Positions 38,418-49,024 are shown, counted from the stretch's first letter. The stretch: DNA of 64,000 nucleotides from Spirochaetia bacterium (GCA_965208575.1 CBDBOV010000006.1:1024001-1088000); one strand, 5' to 3'. The notes: a model not told the origin generated them from the letters alone. Numbers and translations are program-made.

Positions 38418-39623
38418 CTACTCGAATTGGCGTTTGCTCTGGCTGCGCGCCTTGCCCTTGCCGCGGACGATGTCGGTCCGCTCCCAGGAATCGAGCGCGC
38501 AGCATATCGGGTGCGTGTCGCCCAAGTTGTGGCGCATCTCGCTGGGCGTGAACCAGTCGCAGGTGCCGTTCGCCAGTGCATCGACTTTCACCTTGTCGGC
38601 GGAGTAACCGTATACCCGGCACACGCCGTCCTCCTCGGCCCAGTCTTCGATGTAGGACATCCAGGGCACGTCCAACCCAAGCTGTGCGCGGACCAGTTCC
38701 TGCAGCGAGCCGATCCGCGACCCCACGTCCCAGCCGACCGCTTCCTCCTCCCAGCCTTCGCCGCCCGGCAGTTCCCACACCTCCGAATCTGCGTCGCGGC
38801 ACAGCAGGAATCTCGACTCGCCGCCGGAGGGGCACTCGATCAGCAGCCGGGTGGTGGTGAGCGGGCGGTCGAAGCAGACCGGCAGCAGGCGCTTGCCGGC
38901 ATCGCTCAGGGCGTCGCGCGCGGCCGGGTTGTAGGGGTAGTAGCCCGCCGCCGGCGGCGCGTCGGCGGCACAGTACTTGTTGAAGATGCCGCAGCGGTCT
39001 TCGCCGGTGGTGCCGGCGGGGGCCTGGTGCCAGACATGCTCGTTGACCACCAGCAGGTCGCCCGCCTTCAGCTCCGGGTCGATGAACGGCGGCAGTTGCT
39101 CCCGGTCGGGCGCCGTCAGGTCCAGCACGTGCGCCTTCGGGTCGATCACGCGCGGCAGCTTGTGCGAACCCGGCGACACCATGAACGGACCGAAGGAGGG
39201 ATCGAAGTCGTTCAGCGGAATGATGGCGAATACCCAGTTCATGGACGAGCCGACCGGGCGCCAGCGCTTGTAGTCGGAGTGGGCGCCACCGCCCTTGTCG
39301 CCGGGCGTGCGCAGGTAGGCGACCGACGCGGTCAGGTGCGCGGGACCGCCGAGCGCGGACTCCACCGCCCCGACCACCGCCGGATGCTCGGCGATCGCGG
39401 CCAGCCCCGGCTCCGCCATCCGGTTGCCGCTGACCGTGTACTTGGCCGGTTCCGGATAGGAAAGACGCCGCGGGAACGCCTGGCGTTGCGCCTGTTCCCG
39501 GACCACCCGGCGAAGCTCGGCGGCTTCCCCGGCCGACAGGGCGTTGCGCACGATCAGGTAGCCTTCCTCGTGAAAGTCGGCGAGCTGTTGCGGGCTCAAG
39601 GTTGGGGTGAACGTTGCACTCAT
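38418..39623 (-). CDS. PhyH-family dioxygenase fused to a C-terminal NUDIX-like domain
   Basis: FHEEGYL, AHSDY, PGSH, VWHQA; then FLLCR..WELPGG. Confidence 0.78.
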   Translation of the reverse strand: MSATFTPTLSPQQLADFHEEGYLIVRNALSAGEAAELRRVVREQAQRQAFPRRLSYPEPAKYTVSGNRMAEPGLAAIAEHPAVVGAVESALGGPAHLTASVAYLRTPGDKGGGAHSDYKRWRPVGSSMNWVFAIIPLNDFDPSFGPFMVSPGSHKLPRVIDPKAHVLDLTAPDREQLPPFIDPELKAGDLLVVNEHVWHQAPAGTTGEDRCGIFNKYCAADAPPAAGYYPYNPAARDALSDAGKRLLPVCFDRPLTTTRLLIECPSGGESRFLLCRDADSEVWELPGGEGWEEEAVGWDVGSRIGSLQELVRAQLGLDVPWMSYIEDWAEEDGVCRVYGYSADKVKVDALANGTCDWFTPSEMRHNLGDTHPICCALDSWERTDIVRGKGKARSQSKRQFE

Positions 39624-39729
39624 CTGGTTGACCTGCCCGGCAGCATAGGATGCAGGCCAACCCCGGTCAAACGCAGATGGGCGCGCGCCCCGTGGCCAGC
39701 ACCGCGCTCGCCGCGGTCGAGCTGTCGAT

Positions 39730-39850
39730 CCGGCTGCGGCGTTGCGGGGTTGCGCCGGCGGGCCGGCCGGGCCGGCTGCGGCGTTGCGGGGTTGCGCCGG
39801 CGGGCGGCGGGCCGGCTGCGTGGTTGTGCGGTTGCGCGCGGGCCGGCGGG
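39730..39850. repeat. ~41-bp GC-rich tandem repeat (two near-identical copies plus one degenerate) in a divergent intergenic region
   Basis: ccggctgcggcgttgcggggttgcgccggcgggc at 39730 and 39772, degenerate copy at 39812. Confidence 0.8.
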
Positions 39851-39911
39851 TCCGGTGGCGTTTGCGCCGCGATGCGGTGTGCGATACGGTAGCGGTGGAG
39901 GTAGAGAAGCA

Positions 39912-41930
39912 ATGATCAGAACACTTATCGCGGTCGCCGCGTGCGCGACCCTGGCAGCCGGCGCCTTTGCTGCCGGACAGGAAGGCGGGAGCATGGGAGT
40001 AGCCGCCGGCAGCGCGGACGGCGGCGGCATGTCGCCGCTGTCGGAGGGAACCTTCTGGGCTACCCTGGCGGACTACGAGGCGGACACCGGCACCCCGATC
40101 GCGTCGTTCAACGAGGCACCGATGCTGGCGGCCATGGTGGCCGACGGATCGCTGCCCCCGGTGGAGGACCGGTTGCCGGCCGAGCCGTTCGTCATGGCGC
40201 CGTTCGAGAGCATCGGCAGGTACGGCGGCACCATGAATCTCATCAAGTTCTACGATTACTTCTGGGGCGCAGGGTCCTACATGCACCTGGAGACCATGCT
40301 CGGTCGCGGGCGCCCGGAAGTGGACAAGACCGTGATCCCGAACATCGCCAAGGGCTGGGAGTACAGTTCCGACGGCTCCACCCTGACCCTGTTCCTGCGC
40401 GAGGGGCACAAGTGGTCGGACGGCTCGCCGTTCACCTCGGCGGACTTCATGTTCTGGTATGAAGACCTCACCCTGAACGAGGAATACACCCCGCTCATCT
40501 CGCGGCGCTGGTACGTGAACGACGAGTTGATGAAGATGCGCGCGGTGGACGAGACCACGGTGCAATTCGAGTTCGCCGGCCCGTGGCGCGGCATGATCTA
40601 CAACCTCTCCGGCGGCGCCACCGGCATCACCATGCGCAGCCCCTACGCGCAGGGCGAGTACCTCAAGCAGTTCCACCCCAAGTACAACGACAACGCCGCG
40701 GATCTGGCCAAGGAGGCGGGCTTCGACACCTGGTTCCAGCACCTGCGTGCGAAGGCCCAGTACAACGACGACAGCGCCGCCGAGGGCGTGCCGCTGCTGT
40801 CAGCCTGGGTCCCGGAGACGGTGGAGATCGACTTCGTGGTGCAGAAGCGCAATCCCTACTATTACAAGATCGACACGGCGGGCAACCAGCTCCCCTACAT
40901 CGACGAGTTGCGCTCGGCGCTGGCCGGCAACCCGGAGCTGGTGGCGGCCAAGGTGATCAGCGGCCAGTCCGACTACGGCGCCGGCATCTGGGGCGGCGGC
41001 GTCAGCATCAACAAGCTGCCGCTGCTGCTGTCGCGCGCGGAGCAGAACAACCTGCGCGTGTCGGTGGCGCCTACGCCGACGAGCTGGGCCGCCCTCGACG
41101 TCGGCCTGTTCTTCAACAACACCTATCCCGACCCGGTGATCCGCGAGCTGTACGCCGACGTGCGCTTCAAGCAGGCGCTGTCGCTGGCCATCGACCGCGA
41201 CGAGATCAACGAACTGGTGTTCGGCGGCCTCGGCAAGCCGAGCCTGGCGACCGTGCAGTCCAGCTCGCCCTGGTACGATGAGCAGACCGCCACCGAGTTT
41301 GCCGTGTTCGACGCCGAGCGCGCCAACGCACTGCTGGACGAGATCGGCCTGGCCATGGGTGACGACGGCGTACGCATGCGCCCGGACGGCAAGCCGCTGG
41401 AGATCAACCTGCAGATCGCGCCGTGGGTGGCCACCCATGCGCCTTCCGCCGAGCTGATCGCCGAGTACTGGACCGCGGTCGGCGTCAAGACGACCGTGGA
41501 CGCCACCGGCAACCAGTGGGAGAAGTACAGCAACAACGAGACCATGGTAAACGTCTGGCAGCTCGACGAGAGCGACTACGGGCGCACGGTCGGCAGCATT
41601 CAGTGGTGGGCCGGCGGCCAGTTCTGGGGCCGCGAGTGGCAGAAGTGGCGCCAGACGGCGGGCGCGGAAGGCGAGGAACCGCCGCCCGCGGTGCGCGAGT
41701 ACTTCGATCTGTGGACCAGGATTCCGAATACCAACGACGCGGACGAGCAGGTGGCCCTCGGCAAGCGGGCGATCCAGTTGCTCGCCGACAACCTGTGGTA
41801 CATCGGCGTCATGGCGCCGCCGCCGGACGTGCGCTTCGCGCGCGCCACCCTGCGCAACATCGACCTGCAGCAGCTTCCTCACCTGCAGTTTGCGCCGGCG
41901 GCGTCGCCGCAGTGGTATCTCGACAACTGA
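39912..41930 (+). CDS. Family-5 ABC solute-binding protein
   Basis: Signal peptide, EAPMLA..V..G.LPPVEDRLP, LREGHKWSDG, RNPYY, QLPYID; RBS GGAGG. Confidence 0.93.
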   Translation: MIRTLIAVAACATLAAGAFAAGQEGGSMGVAAGSADGGGMSPLSEGTFWATLADYEADTGTPIASFNEAPMLAAMVADGSLPPVEDRLPAEPFVMAPFESIGRYGGTMNLIKFYDYFWGAGSYMHLETMLGRGRPEVDKTVIPNIAKGWEYSSDGSTLTLFLREGHKWSDGSPFTSADFMFWYEDLTLNEEYTPLISRRWYVNDELMKMRAVDETTVQFEFAGPWRGMIYNLSGGATGITMRSPYAQGEYLKQFHPKYNDNAADLAKEAGFDTWFQHLRAKAQYNDDSAAEGVPLLSAWVPETVEIDFVVQKRNPYYYKIDTAGNQLPYIDELRSALAGNPELVAAKVISGQSDYGAGIWGGGVSINKLPLLLSRAEQNNLRVSVAPTPTSWAALDVGLFFNNTYPDPVIRELYADVRFKQALSLAIDRDEINELVFGGLGKPSLATVQSSSPWYDEQTATEFAVFDAERANALLDEIGLAMGDDGVRMRPDGKPLEINLQIAPWVATHAPSAELIAEYWTAVGVKTTVDATGNQWEKYSNNETMVNVWQLDESDYGRTVGSIQWWAGGQFWGREWQKWRQTAGAEGEEPPPAVREYFDLWTRIPNTNDADEQVALGKRAIQLLADNLWYIGVMAPPPDVRFARATLRNIDLQQLPHLQFAPAASPQWYLDN

Positions 41931-41945
41931 CGAGCTTTTAGCTGA

Positions 41946-41987
41946 CCCCCGCCATGCCGGTCACCCGCCGGGTGGCCGGTGCGGGGG
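41946..41987 (+). terminator. GC hairpin after the SBP gene
   Basis: ccccgc..ccggtcaccc-gcc-gggtggccgg..gcgggg imperfect stem. Confidence 0.5.
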
Positions 41988-41999
41988 CACTGCGACACC

Positions 42000-42995
42000 G
42001 TGGCGCAATACATTCTCCGCCGCGTGCTGTACATGCTGGTGGTGCTGGCGCTGATCTCGATCTGCGCCTTCGTCATCATCCAGCTTCCGCCGGGCGACTA
42101 CGTCACCGACTACGTCGCCCGGCTGCAATCGCGCAGCGGGGTCGTCGACGAGGCGCTCATCGAGGCGCTCAGGAAGCAATACGGGCTCGACCGGCCCATG
42201 TACGTTCAGTACCTGAAGTGGATAGGCAAGCTGGTGCGCGGCGACCTCGGCCAGTCGTTCTCGTTCGAACGCCCGGTGCGCGTCCTGCTGGCCGAGCGGC
42301 TGCCGATGACGGTGCTGATCTCGATGCTGTCGCTGATCTTCGTGTACGTGGTGTCGATCCCGATCGGGATCTACTCGGCCACCCACCAGTACTCGCTCAC
42401 CGACTACAGCTTCACCGTGCTCGGCTTCATCGGCCTGGCGACGCCCAACTTTCTGCTGGCGCTGGTGCTGATGCTGCTGTTCTACCAGTGGTTCGGCTGG
42501 AACGTCGGCGGGCTGTTCTCGATCCAGTACGTCGATCAGCCGTGGAGCTGGGCCAAGTTCGTGGACATGCTCGCCCACCTGCCGGTGCCGATCATCGTCA
42601 TCGGCACCGCCGGCACCGCGGGGCTGATCCGCGTGCTGCGCGGCTCCCTGCTGGACGAACTGGCCAAGCAGTACGTGATCACGGCGCGCGCCAAGGGGGT
42701 GGCCGAGCGGCAGCTCCTGTTCCGCTATCCGGTACGGGTGGCGGTAAACCCGATCATCAGCACGGTGGGCTGGGTGTTGCCGGCGATCGTGTCCGGCGAG
42801 ACCATCGTGGCGATCGTGCTCGGGCTGCCCACCATCGGCCCGCTGGTGTTCCGCTCCCTGACCCAGCAGGACATGTTCCTGGCGGGCAGCACGATCATGG
42901 CGCTGAGCTTCCTGACCGTGGTGGGCACGCTGGTCTCCGACATCCTGCTGGTGATGGTGGACCCGCGCATCCGCTTCGAGGCGGTGGAGCGGTGA
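42000..42995 (+). CDS. ABC permease (OppB-like)
   Basis: QLPPGD, YVITARAKG, DPRIRF. Confidence 0.93.
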   Translation: MAQYILRRVLYMLVVLALISICAFVIIQLPPGDYVTDYVARLQSRSGVVDEALIEALRKQYGLDRPMYVQYLKWIGKLVRGDLGQSFSFERPVRVLLAERLPMTVLISMLSLIFVYVVSIPIGIYSATHQYSLTDYSFTVLGFIGLATPNFLLALVLMLLFYQWFGWNVGGLFSIQYVDQPWSWAKFVDMLAHLPVPIIVIGTAGTAGLIRVLRGSLLDELAKQYVITARAKGVAERQLLFRYPVRVAVNPIISTVGWVLPAIVSGETIVAIVLGLPTIGPLVFRSLTQQDMFLAGSTIMALSFLTVVGTLVSDILLVMVDPRIRFEAVER

Positions 42996-44200
42996 GCGGC
43001 AGGCCGGGGGCGGCGGGCGGGACCGGGCAGCCGCCGGCGGCGGTGCCGGCTCCGGGGGCGGCGCCGGCTCGGGGGACGGCGGAGGCGTTGCCTAGCCGGG
43101 AGCGGGAGACTGCCCTCGTCGAGCAGTACTACCTCGCCACCCAATGGCAGTTGATGTGGCGCAAGTTCCGCCGCCACCGGCTCGCCCTGCTGGGCGGGGG
43201 CGTGCTGGTGGTGTTCTACGTGACCGCGCTGCTGGCGGAGTTCGTGGCGCCCACGGTGCCGGCGGTACGCGACCGCGACCTGGTCTACGCGCCGCCCCAC
43301 CGGGTGCGGCTCATTCATGACGGCGCGCTGCGCAGCCCGTTCGTGTACGGCTTCGACCGCGAGATCGACATGCTCACGACGCAGCGCATCTACACCCCGA
43401 ACCGCGAGCTGATTCACCCGATCCGGCTGTTCGTGCGGGGAGAGCCGTACCGGTTCTGGGGCCTGTTCGAGACCGACCTGCACCTGTTCGGGGCGGAGGG
43501 GACCACGCTGCTGCTGATGGGCTCCGACTCCTTCGGGCGCGACATGTTCACCCGTAACCTGTACGCCGCCCGCATCTCGCTGTCGGTCGGCCTGGTGGGG
43601 GTGCTGCTGAGCTTCGTGCTCGGCGTGATCCTGGGCGGCATCTCCGGCTACTACGGCGGCACCGTCGACATGGCGATCCAACGCGTGATCGAGTTCCTGA
43701 TCGCGCTGCCGACCATCCCGGTGTGGATGGCGCTGGCAGCCGCCCTGCCGCCGGGGTGGGAGTCGGTGAAGATCTACTTCGGCATCACCATCATCCTGTC
43801 GATCGTCGGCTGGACCGGGCTGGCGCGGGTGGTGCGCGGCAAGCTGCTGGAGCTGCGCGAGGCGGACTTCGTCATGGCCGCGCGCGTGGCCGGCGCCCGC
43901 GAGGGACGCATCATCGCCCTGCACCTGCTGCCGTCGTTCCTGAGCTACCTGATCGTGCACCTGACGCTGGCCATCCCCGGCATGATCCTGGGCGAAACGG
44001 CGCTGAGCTTCCTGGGCCTCGGCATCCGGCCCCCCGCGGTGAGCTGGGGCACCCTGCTGCAGGATGCCCAGAACGTGCAGACCGTCATCCTCTACCCGTG
44101 GCTCATGCTGCCGGCGCTGTCCGTGGTGGCCGCCGTGCTGATGTTCAACTTCCTCGGCGACGGCCTGCGCGACGCCGCCGACCCCTACAAGGCGGGCTGA
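42992..44200 (+). CDS. ABC permease (OppC-like)
   Basis: QWQLMWRKF, GRDMF, ARVVRG, GDGLRDAADP. Confidence 0.92.
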   Translation: MSGRPGAAGGTGQPPAAVPAPGAAPARGTAEALPSRERETALVEQYYLATQWQLMWRKFRRHRLALLGGGVLVVFYVTALLAEFVAPTVPAVRDRDLVYAPPHRVRLIHDGALRSPFVYGFDREIDMLTTQRIYTPNRELIHPIRLFVRGEPYRFWGLFETDLHLFGAEGTTLLLMGSDSFGRDMFTRNLYAARISLSVGLVGVLLSFVLGVILGGISGYYGGTVDMAIQRVIEFLIALPTIPVWMALAAALPPGWESVKIYFGITIILSIVGWTGLARVVRGKLLELREADFVMAARVAGAREGRIIALHLLPSFLSYLIVHLTLAIPGMILGETALSFLGLGIRPPAVSWGTLLQDAQNVQTVILYPWLMLPALSVVAAVLMFNFLGDGLRDAADPYKAG

Positions 44201-44276
44201 CCGCGGCCGGCGCCCGTGCGTGCGCATGCCGATGCGTGTACACGAGCCGCGCCTACCGGCTACCCTTCGCCGCGAA

Positions 44277-45401
44277 ATGAGTGATGCAACGCTGCGCGCC
44301 GGGGTGATCGGCGCCACCGGCCGCGGCAACTACGGCCACGGCCTCGGAGACGCTTTCGCCGCCCTGGAACGTACCCCGGTGGTGGCGGTCGCGGACGCCG
44401 ACCAGGCGGGCGGCGCCGAGGCGGCAAGCCGGTTCGGCACCGACAACCACTACCTCGACTACCGCGACATGCTCGCCCGCGAGCGCCTCGACGTGGTGGC
44501 GGTGAGCCCGCGCTGGACCGACCAGCGCCGCGACATGGTGGTCGCGGCCGCGGAGGCGGGCGTCAAGGGCATCTTCTGCGAGAAGCCGTTCGCCGCCACC
44601 CTGGCCGACGCCGACGCCATGATGGCGGCCTGCGACCGCCACGGCGTGCGGGTGGTGGTGGCCCACCGGCGCGCCGCCGCCCACGAGCAGCGGCTGAAGC
44701 AGATCGTCGACTCCGGCGAGATCGGCGACATCCAGGTAATGCGCGGCCACGGCAAGGGCGACCACCGCGCCGGGTCGCTGGACCTGATGATCCTCGGCAC
44801 CCACATCCTGGACGGCATCCGCTACGTTGCCGGCAGCGACGTGGCCTGGGCGCACGGCCACGTCACGCAGGATGGCCGCCCGGTCACCACGGACGACGTC
44901 CGCGAAGGCGACGAGGGCGTCGGCCTGCTGGCCGGCAACCGGGTGGCCGCCTACTACGTGTTCGAGAACGGCCTCACCGCCCACTACGAGTCGTTCCAGG
45001 GCTTCCCGGACGATGCCCACGATCACAACCGCCACCTCGGCTTCGAGGTGTACGGCACCAGGGGCATCGTCTCGGTGCGCAACTCGCCGGGCGGCGAGCT
45101 GTACCTGCACCGCCACGACCTGTGGATACCCGACACCGACACCCGTCCATGGGAGCGCATCCGCATCCCGGAGTGGGAGCGTCAGAACAGCGGCCTGGAG
45201 AGCAACCTGATGATCGTGAACGAGCTCCTGGCTGCCATCGACGACGACCGCGACATCCGCGAGGTCTCCTCCGGAGCCGACTCGCGCGCCACGCTGGAGA
45301 TGATCATGGCCGTGCACGAGTCCAACCGCCTCGGCACCCGCGTCCCCTTCCCCCTCGCCAACCGCGCCAACCCCTACGCCACCTGGCTGGCGGAGGAGTA
45401 A
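44277..45401 (+). CDS. Gfo/Idh/MocA oxidoreductase
   Basis: GVIGATGRG, IFCEKP, GTHILD. Confidence 0.92.
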   Translation: MSDATLRAGVIGATGRGNYGHGLGDAFAALERTPVVAVADADQAGGAEAASRFGTDNHYLDYRDMLARERLDVVAVSPRWTDQRRDMVVAAAEAGVKGIFCEKPFAATLADADAMMAACDRHGVRVVVAHRRAAAHEQRLKQIVDSGEIGDIQVMRGHGKGDHRAGSLDLMILGTHILDGIRYVAGSDVAWAHGHVTQDGRPVTTDDVREGDEGVGLLAGNRVAAYYVFENGLTAHYESFQGFPDDAHDHNRHLGFEVYGTRGIVSVRNSPGGELYLHRHDLWIPDTDTRPWERIRIPEWERQNSGLESNLMIVNELLAAIDDDRDIREVSSGADSRATLEMIMAVHESNRLGTRVPFPLANRANPYATWLAEE

Positions 45402-45550
45402 CCATCGCGCCGCCGTAACCGAAGGATTCCGGCTCAACGGCTCGGAAGTGGCGGCGGCGGGCTTATCTTTGGAGGCGCCGGGCTACGGAGCGGCGAGGGC
45501 ACAGTATTGGGTGTTGCGTCTGATCGCGCCACAAGGGGAGGCGAATTGCC

Positions 45551-46177
45551 ATGAGCAGAGTGTTCATTTACTGGGACAATTCGAACATTTTTCACGAAGC
45601 GCAGCGTTTCGCGGTGGAACGGAACGAGGGCCCCGACGCGCGTTATCGCGTCCGTATCAACTTTGACAACATGTTCCGCTTGGCGCACGCCGACCGGACG
45701 CTGGGGCGCGCGGTCGCGGCGGGCTCGATACCGCCCGAAATGCGCCAGCTTTGGAATCGCATGGAAGCAGCCGGCGCGGAAGTCCAGCTTTTCGATCGTG
45801 AAAGGCCGGATCGTAGCGAACAGGACATCCCCGATCGAATACTCCAACTGCGCATGCTCGAAGATGCGCTCGACCACAACGGCAACCCCGGCGTGGTGGT
45901 GCTGTTGACGGGAGACGGCGCCGGCTACTACGAGGGCACCGGCTTTCACAGCACGTTGGAACGCATGCACAAGCGTGGCTGGCGGGTAGAGATCCTGTCG
46001 TGGCGGCACTCCTGCAACCAGCGAATGCGCCAGTGGGCGGAGCAGAATGGCCTGTTCATCGCCCTGGACGACTTCTACGACTCGATCACCTTCCTGACCC
46101 CATCCCGGGAAGGATTCGAACTCGCTCTCGGTCGCCAATCTGCCCCGCTGGACTTGTCGCAGCGCCAGACATCCTGA
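45551..46177 (+). CDS. NYN/LabA-DUF88 (PIN-like) domain protein
   Basis: IYWDNSN, EQDIPD, LLTGDG, GWRVEILSW, FIALDD; RBS GGAGG. Confidence 0.85.
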   Translation: MSRVFIYWDNSNIFHEAQRFAVERNEGPDARYRVRINFDNMFRLAHADRTLGRAVAAGSIPPEMRQLWNRMEAAGAEVQLFDRERPDRSEQDIPDRILQLRMLEDALDHNGNPGVVVLLTGDGAGYYEGTGFHSTLERMHKRGWRVEILSWRHSCNQRMRQWAEQNGLFIALDDFYDSITFLTPSREGFELALGRQSAPLDLSQRQTS

Positions 46178-46288
46178 CGGCCAAGCACGCTTCTACTTGT
46201 AGGGGTCGGCGGCATCAGATCCGCGGGCGAGAGGCACAACTACGGAACCGGCCACCCAAGCGGGTTCTGTCACCTCGTGGCCATAGTT

Positions 46289-46453
46289 CTAAGCCCCCAA
46301 ATCGTCACTTCGCCACGACGCGAATTCCGTCGTGGCCACCAACGGACCGACGGAGAGTTCGGCCAGCGAGATCGCGGTTGTGGCCGGCACCGGCGACAGT
46401 TGCTGCGGATCGCGCAGCCGCACCGTATTGGCGTCCAGCAGACCGAGAAGCAC
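46289..46453 (-). pseudogene. Truncated N-terminus of a VapC/PIN toxin
   Basis: Hand translation GLLDANTV.LRDPQQL..PATTAISLAELSVGPLVA then a premature end. Confidence 0.55.
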
Positions 46454-46658
46454 AGATCCGGAGGTCTCGTCCGGCGGCGCCGACCCGCGCGCCGCGCTGG
46501 AAGATGATCAACGGCGGTACACGAGAGTCCAACCGTTCCGGCAGCCGAGTGCCTCGCCGCTCGCCAGCCGCGACAGCCCCTACGCCATCTGGCTCGCAGA
46601 GGACGACCGCACGCCGGACATTGCCGAATGGGCGCGTCCTCCGAGGTCTTCCCGCAAC

Positions 46659-47453
46659 CTATCGCTGGTCCAACTCGATGACGAGGGGCGGAGCGTCCTT
46701 CCGGGGCCTTGAATCGACGTCCAATCCCGCACACAGGAGACGCTGCGCCAGACCCGTGCTCCCGAGAATCAGGTGCAGTCGAGAGCCGCTGTTGGGGCCT
46801 CTCTCGCCGGTGCCGGAGGTGTGACCCGGGTAGTTCCTGACGTCAGGATGTGCAGCGCGGTAGAAATCGCGGAAGCCCAAGTTCATCAGCGCCCGGAGTT
46901 CATCTTCGTGGGCTTGCCCATACCCACTTCCTCGTGGGCCGTCGTCTCTGAATTTGACGTTGAAGTCGCCGCATATCACGCTGTCCTTCCGGTTGTACCC
47001 CTCGTTGCGGACATGTGCCCGTAGCCGGCGTAACCATGCCAACCTTCGTTGCAAGGGATACGGAACATAAACCGAGGAGACCCAGAAACCGCCGAGGTCC
47101 ACGGTAAGGAAATCTGACACCTCTTCCTCGTCATCCGGGAATCCGCGGAAGAGCACATCCGGCCGGCCTAGGCTGCGGTGGCTGAGGATGGCTACCCCCG
47201 TGGGATACTGACCGGCTCTGCTGCCGACACACCGGGACTCGTACCCGACTTCGAGCAGTTCCTCCTTGGGGAATTCCTCGTTCAGACCAATCTTCTGGAG
47301 GGTTACGATGTCGGGACGCCTCAAACCGCGGTCCTGCAGCCAGTCACGGACTTTGGTCCCATACTTATTCATGCCTCGTATGGCCACGTTCGCGATTCTC
47401 ATGAGTGAGTCTTGCCTCCCCGCGACAGTCGGATCCGTGAAAGTGAGTGTCAC
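46659..47453 (-). CDS. Exonuclease III-like (EEP) protein with degenerate catalytic motifs
   Basis: PDIVTLQK, GVAILS, SVYVP, CGDFN; canonical QE, RLD and SDH appear as QK, RLH and KDA. Confidence 0.75.
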   Translation of the reverse strand: MTLTFTDPTVAGRQDSLMRIANVAIRGMNKYGTKVRDWLQDRGLRRPDIVTLQKIGLNEEFPKEELLEVGYESRCVGSRAGQYPTGVAILSHRSLGRPDVLFRGFPDDEEEVSDFLTVDLGGFWVSSVYVPYPLQRRLAWLRRLRAHVRNEGYNRKDSVICGDFNVKFRDDGPRGSGYGQAHEDELRALMNLGFRDFYRAAHPDVRNYPGHTSGTGERGPNSGSRLHLILGSTGLAQRLLCAGLDVDSRPRKDAPPLVIELDQR

Positions 47454-47500
47454 CTTCTCCTATGAGGATACCATTTCGTGACTCGGGTGATTGTTTCGAT

Positions 47501-48599
47501 CACTTGGTGAAGGCGGCGTGGACGAAGGCCACGTAGCCTATCAGATCGCCGAGGGAGGTTACTTGTAGGGGTCGGCGGCGTCGCGGAGGCCGTCGCCGAG
47601 GAACATGAAGGTCATTACGGTGACCACCACGAACAGCACCGGGATCATCAGCCAGGGGCTCAGGGCGACGGTGCGGAAGTTCTGGGCGGTGGTGAGCAGC
47701 ACGCCCCAGCTCACCACCGGCGGCTTGAGGCCCCGGCCGATGAAGCTGAGCGCGGTCTCGCCGAGGATCATGTTGGGCACCGCCAGGGTGAGGTGCACGA
47801 TCAGGTAACTGAGGAACGACGGCAGCAGGTGGCGGCGGATCACCGCGCCGCTGGAGGCACCGCTGACCCGTGCCGCCACCACGAAGTCGCCGCTGCGCAA
47901 CTCCAGCAGCTTGCCGCGCACCACGCGCGCCAGGCCGGTCCAGCCCAGGATCGAGAGGATGATGGTGATGCCGAAGTACACCCGCAGCGCCGGCCACTTG
48001 GGCGGCAGCGCCGCGGTCAGCCCCATCCACAGCGGCAGGGTGGGAATGCTGATCAGGAACTCGATGATGCGCTGGATCACGGTGTCCACCGCGCCGCCCA
48101 CGTAGCCGGAGACACCGCCGATTACCACGCCGAGCAGAAGGCTGATGGCGACCCCGAGCAGCCCGATCGACAGCGACACGCGCCCGGCGTACAGCGCCCG
48201 AGAGAACATGTCGCGGCCGGACTCGTCGGTGCCGAACAGGTGCAGGTCGGTGCGGATGAAGCCCAGGAACTTGTAACGGTCGGTGCGCACGAAGAAGCGG
48301 ATGGGATGGGGGTCGGACCTGTTCTCGGTGTAGATGCGCTGCAGGGTCTCCGGGTCGCGGGTGCGCTCGAGCGAGTACACGAACGGACCGAGCAGCCGGC
48401 CGTCATGGAACAGGCGCACCCGCTGCGGCGGCGCGAGCAGGTATTCGGCGGCGCGGGTGGCCTTCTCGTACGGGCTCAGGAAGCCGGCCGCAGCGGTGGT
48501 GAGGTACAGGAACAGCAGCACCCCGCCGCCCGCCAGGGCCATGCGGTGGCGGCGGAACTTGCGCCACATGAGCTGCCACTGCGAGGCGACGTAGTAGCG
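47501..48599. repeat. Copy A of a ~1.1 kb diverged direct duplication (copy B 50178-51307)
   Basis: Near-identical sequence with scattered SNPs and a 33-bp deletion. Confidence 0.93.
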
Positions 48600-48641
48600 G
48601 TCGTCGGTGCTTCGACTCCGGGGCCGCGGTGGCGCCGGCAC
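47559..48641 (-). pseudogene. Orphan duplicate OppC-like permease (in-frame 11-aa deletion, altered N-terminus)
   Basis: Paralog of 50234-51355 lacking VHPPATLYLFG; GLGL->GRGL; no upstream operon. Confidence 0.7.
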
Positions 48642-48790
48642 CCAAGGCCAACGGTTCCCGTCCGTGATCCACCTTGCGTCGACTGCGTCGACGAGGAGGG
48701 GGACGTGCCGGGCTTGGGATGATATACTGATGTAGTCGCCGGAGTGAGATCCCGGGCCATTGCTACGAAGCGCGCGAAGGAGAGAATGCC

Positions 48791-49015
48791 ATGGCGGGCA
48801 CCAGGAAGAGCACCGTACAACAAGTCACCGTCCATCTGACGTCGGAAGAAGTGGAGTTCCTCAGGACCCAGGCCGGCATTGATGGAGTCTCCTTCAATGA
48901 CGTGCTGCGGCGCTCGATCATCCTGGAGAAATTCATCGTGGATCAACAAAGGAAGAAGCGCAAGATTTTCTTTGGCGCACCGGGCCAGCCACTCAGAGAA
49001 ATGATCCGACAGTAG
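48791..49015 (+). CDS. Small ribbon-helix-helix (CopG-like) protein
   Basis: QVTVHL..EE.EFL..A...GVSFNDVLRRSI; RBS AAGGAG. Confidence 0.65.
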   Translation: MAGTRKSTVQQVTVHLTSEEVEFLRTQAGIDGVSFNDVLRRSIILEKFIVDQQRKKRKIFFGAPGQPLREMIRQ

Positions 49016-49024
49016 CCGGCCTCC

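Noticed and set aside
38331-41930. 1199-aa and 774-aa overlapping giant ORFs
   Set aside because: GC-rich stop-free extensions of two divergent genes starting at 39912 (+) and 39623 (-)
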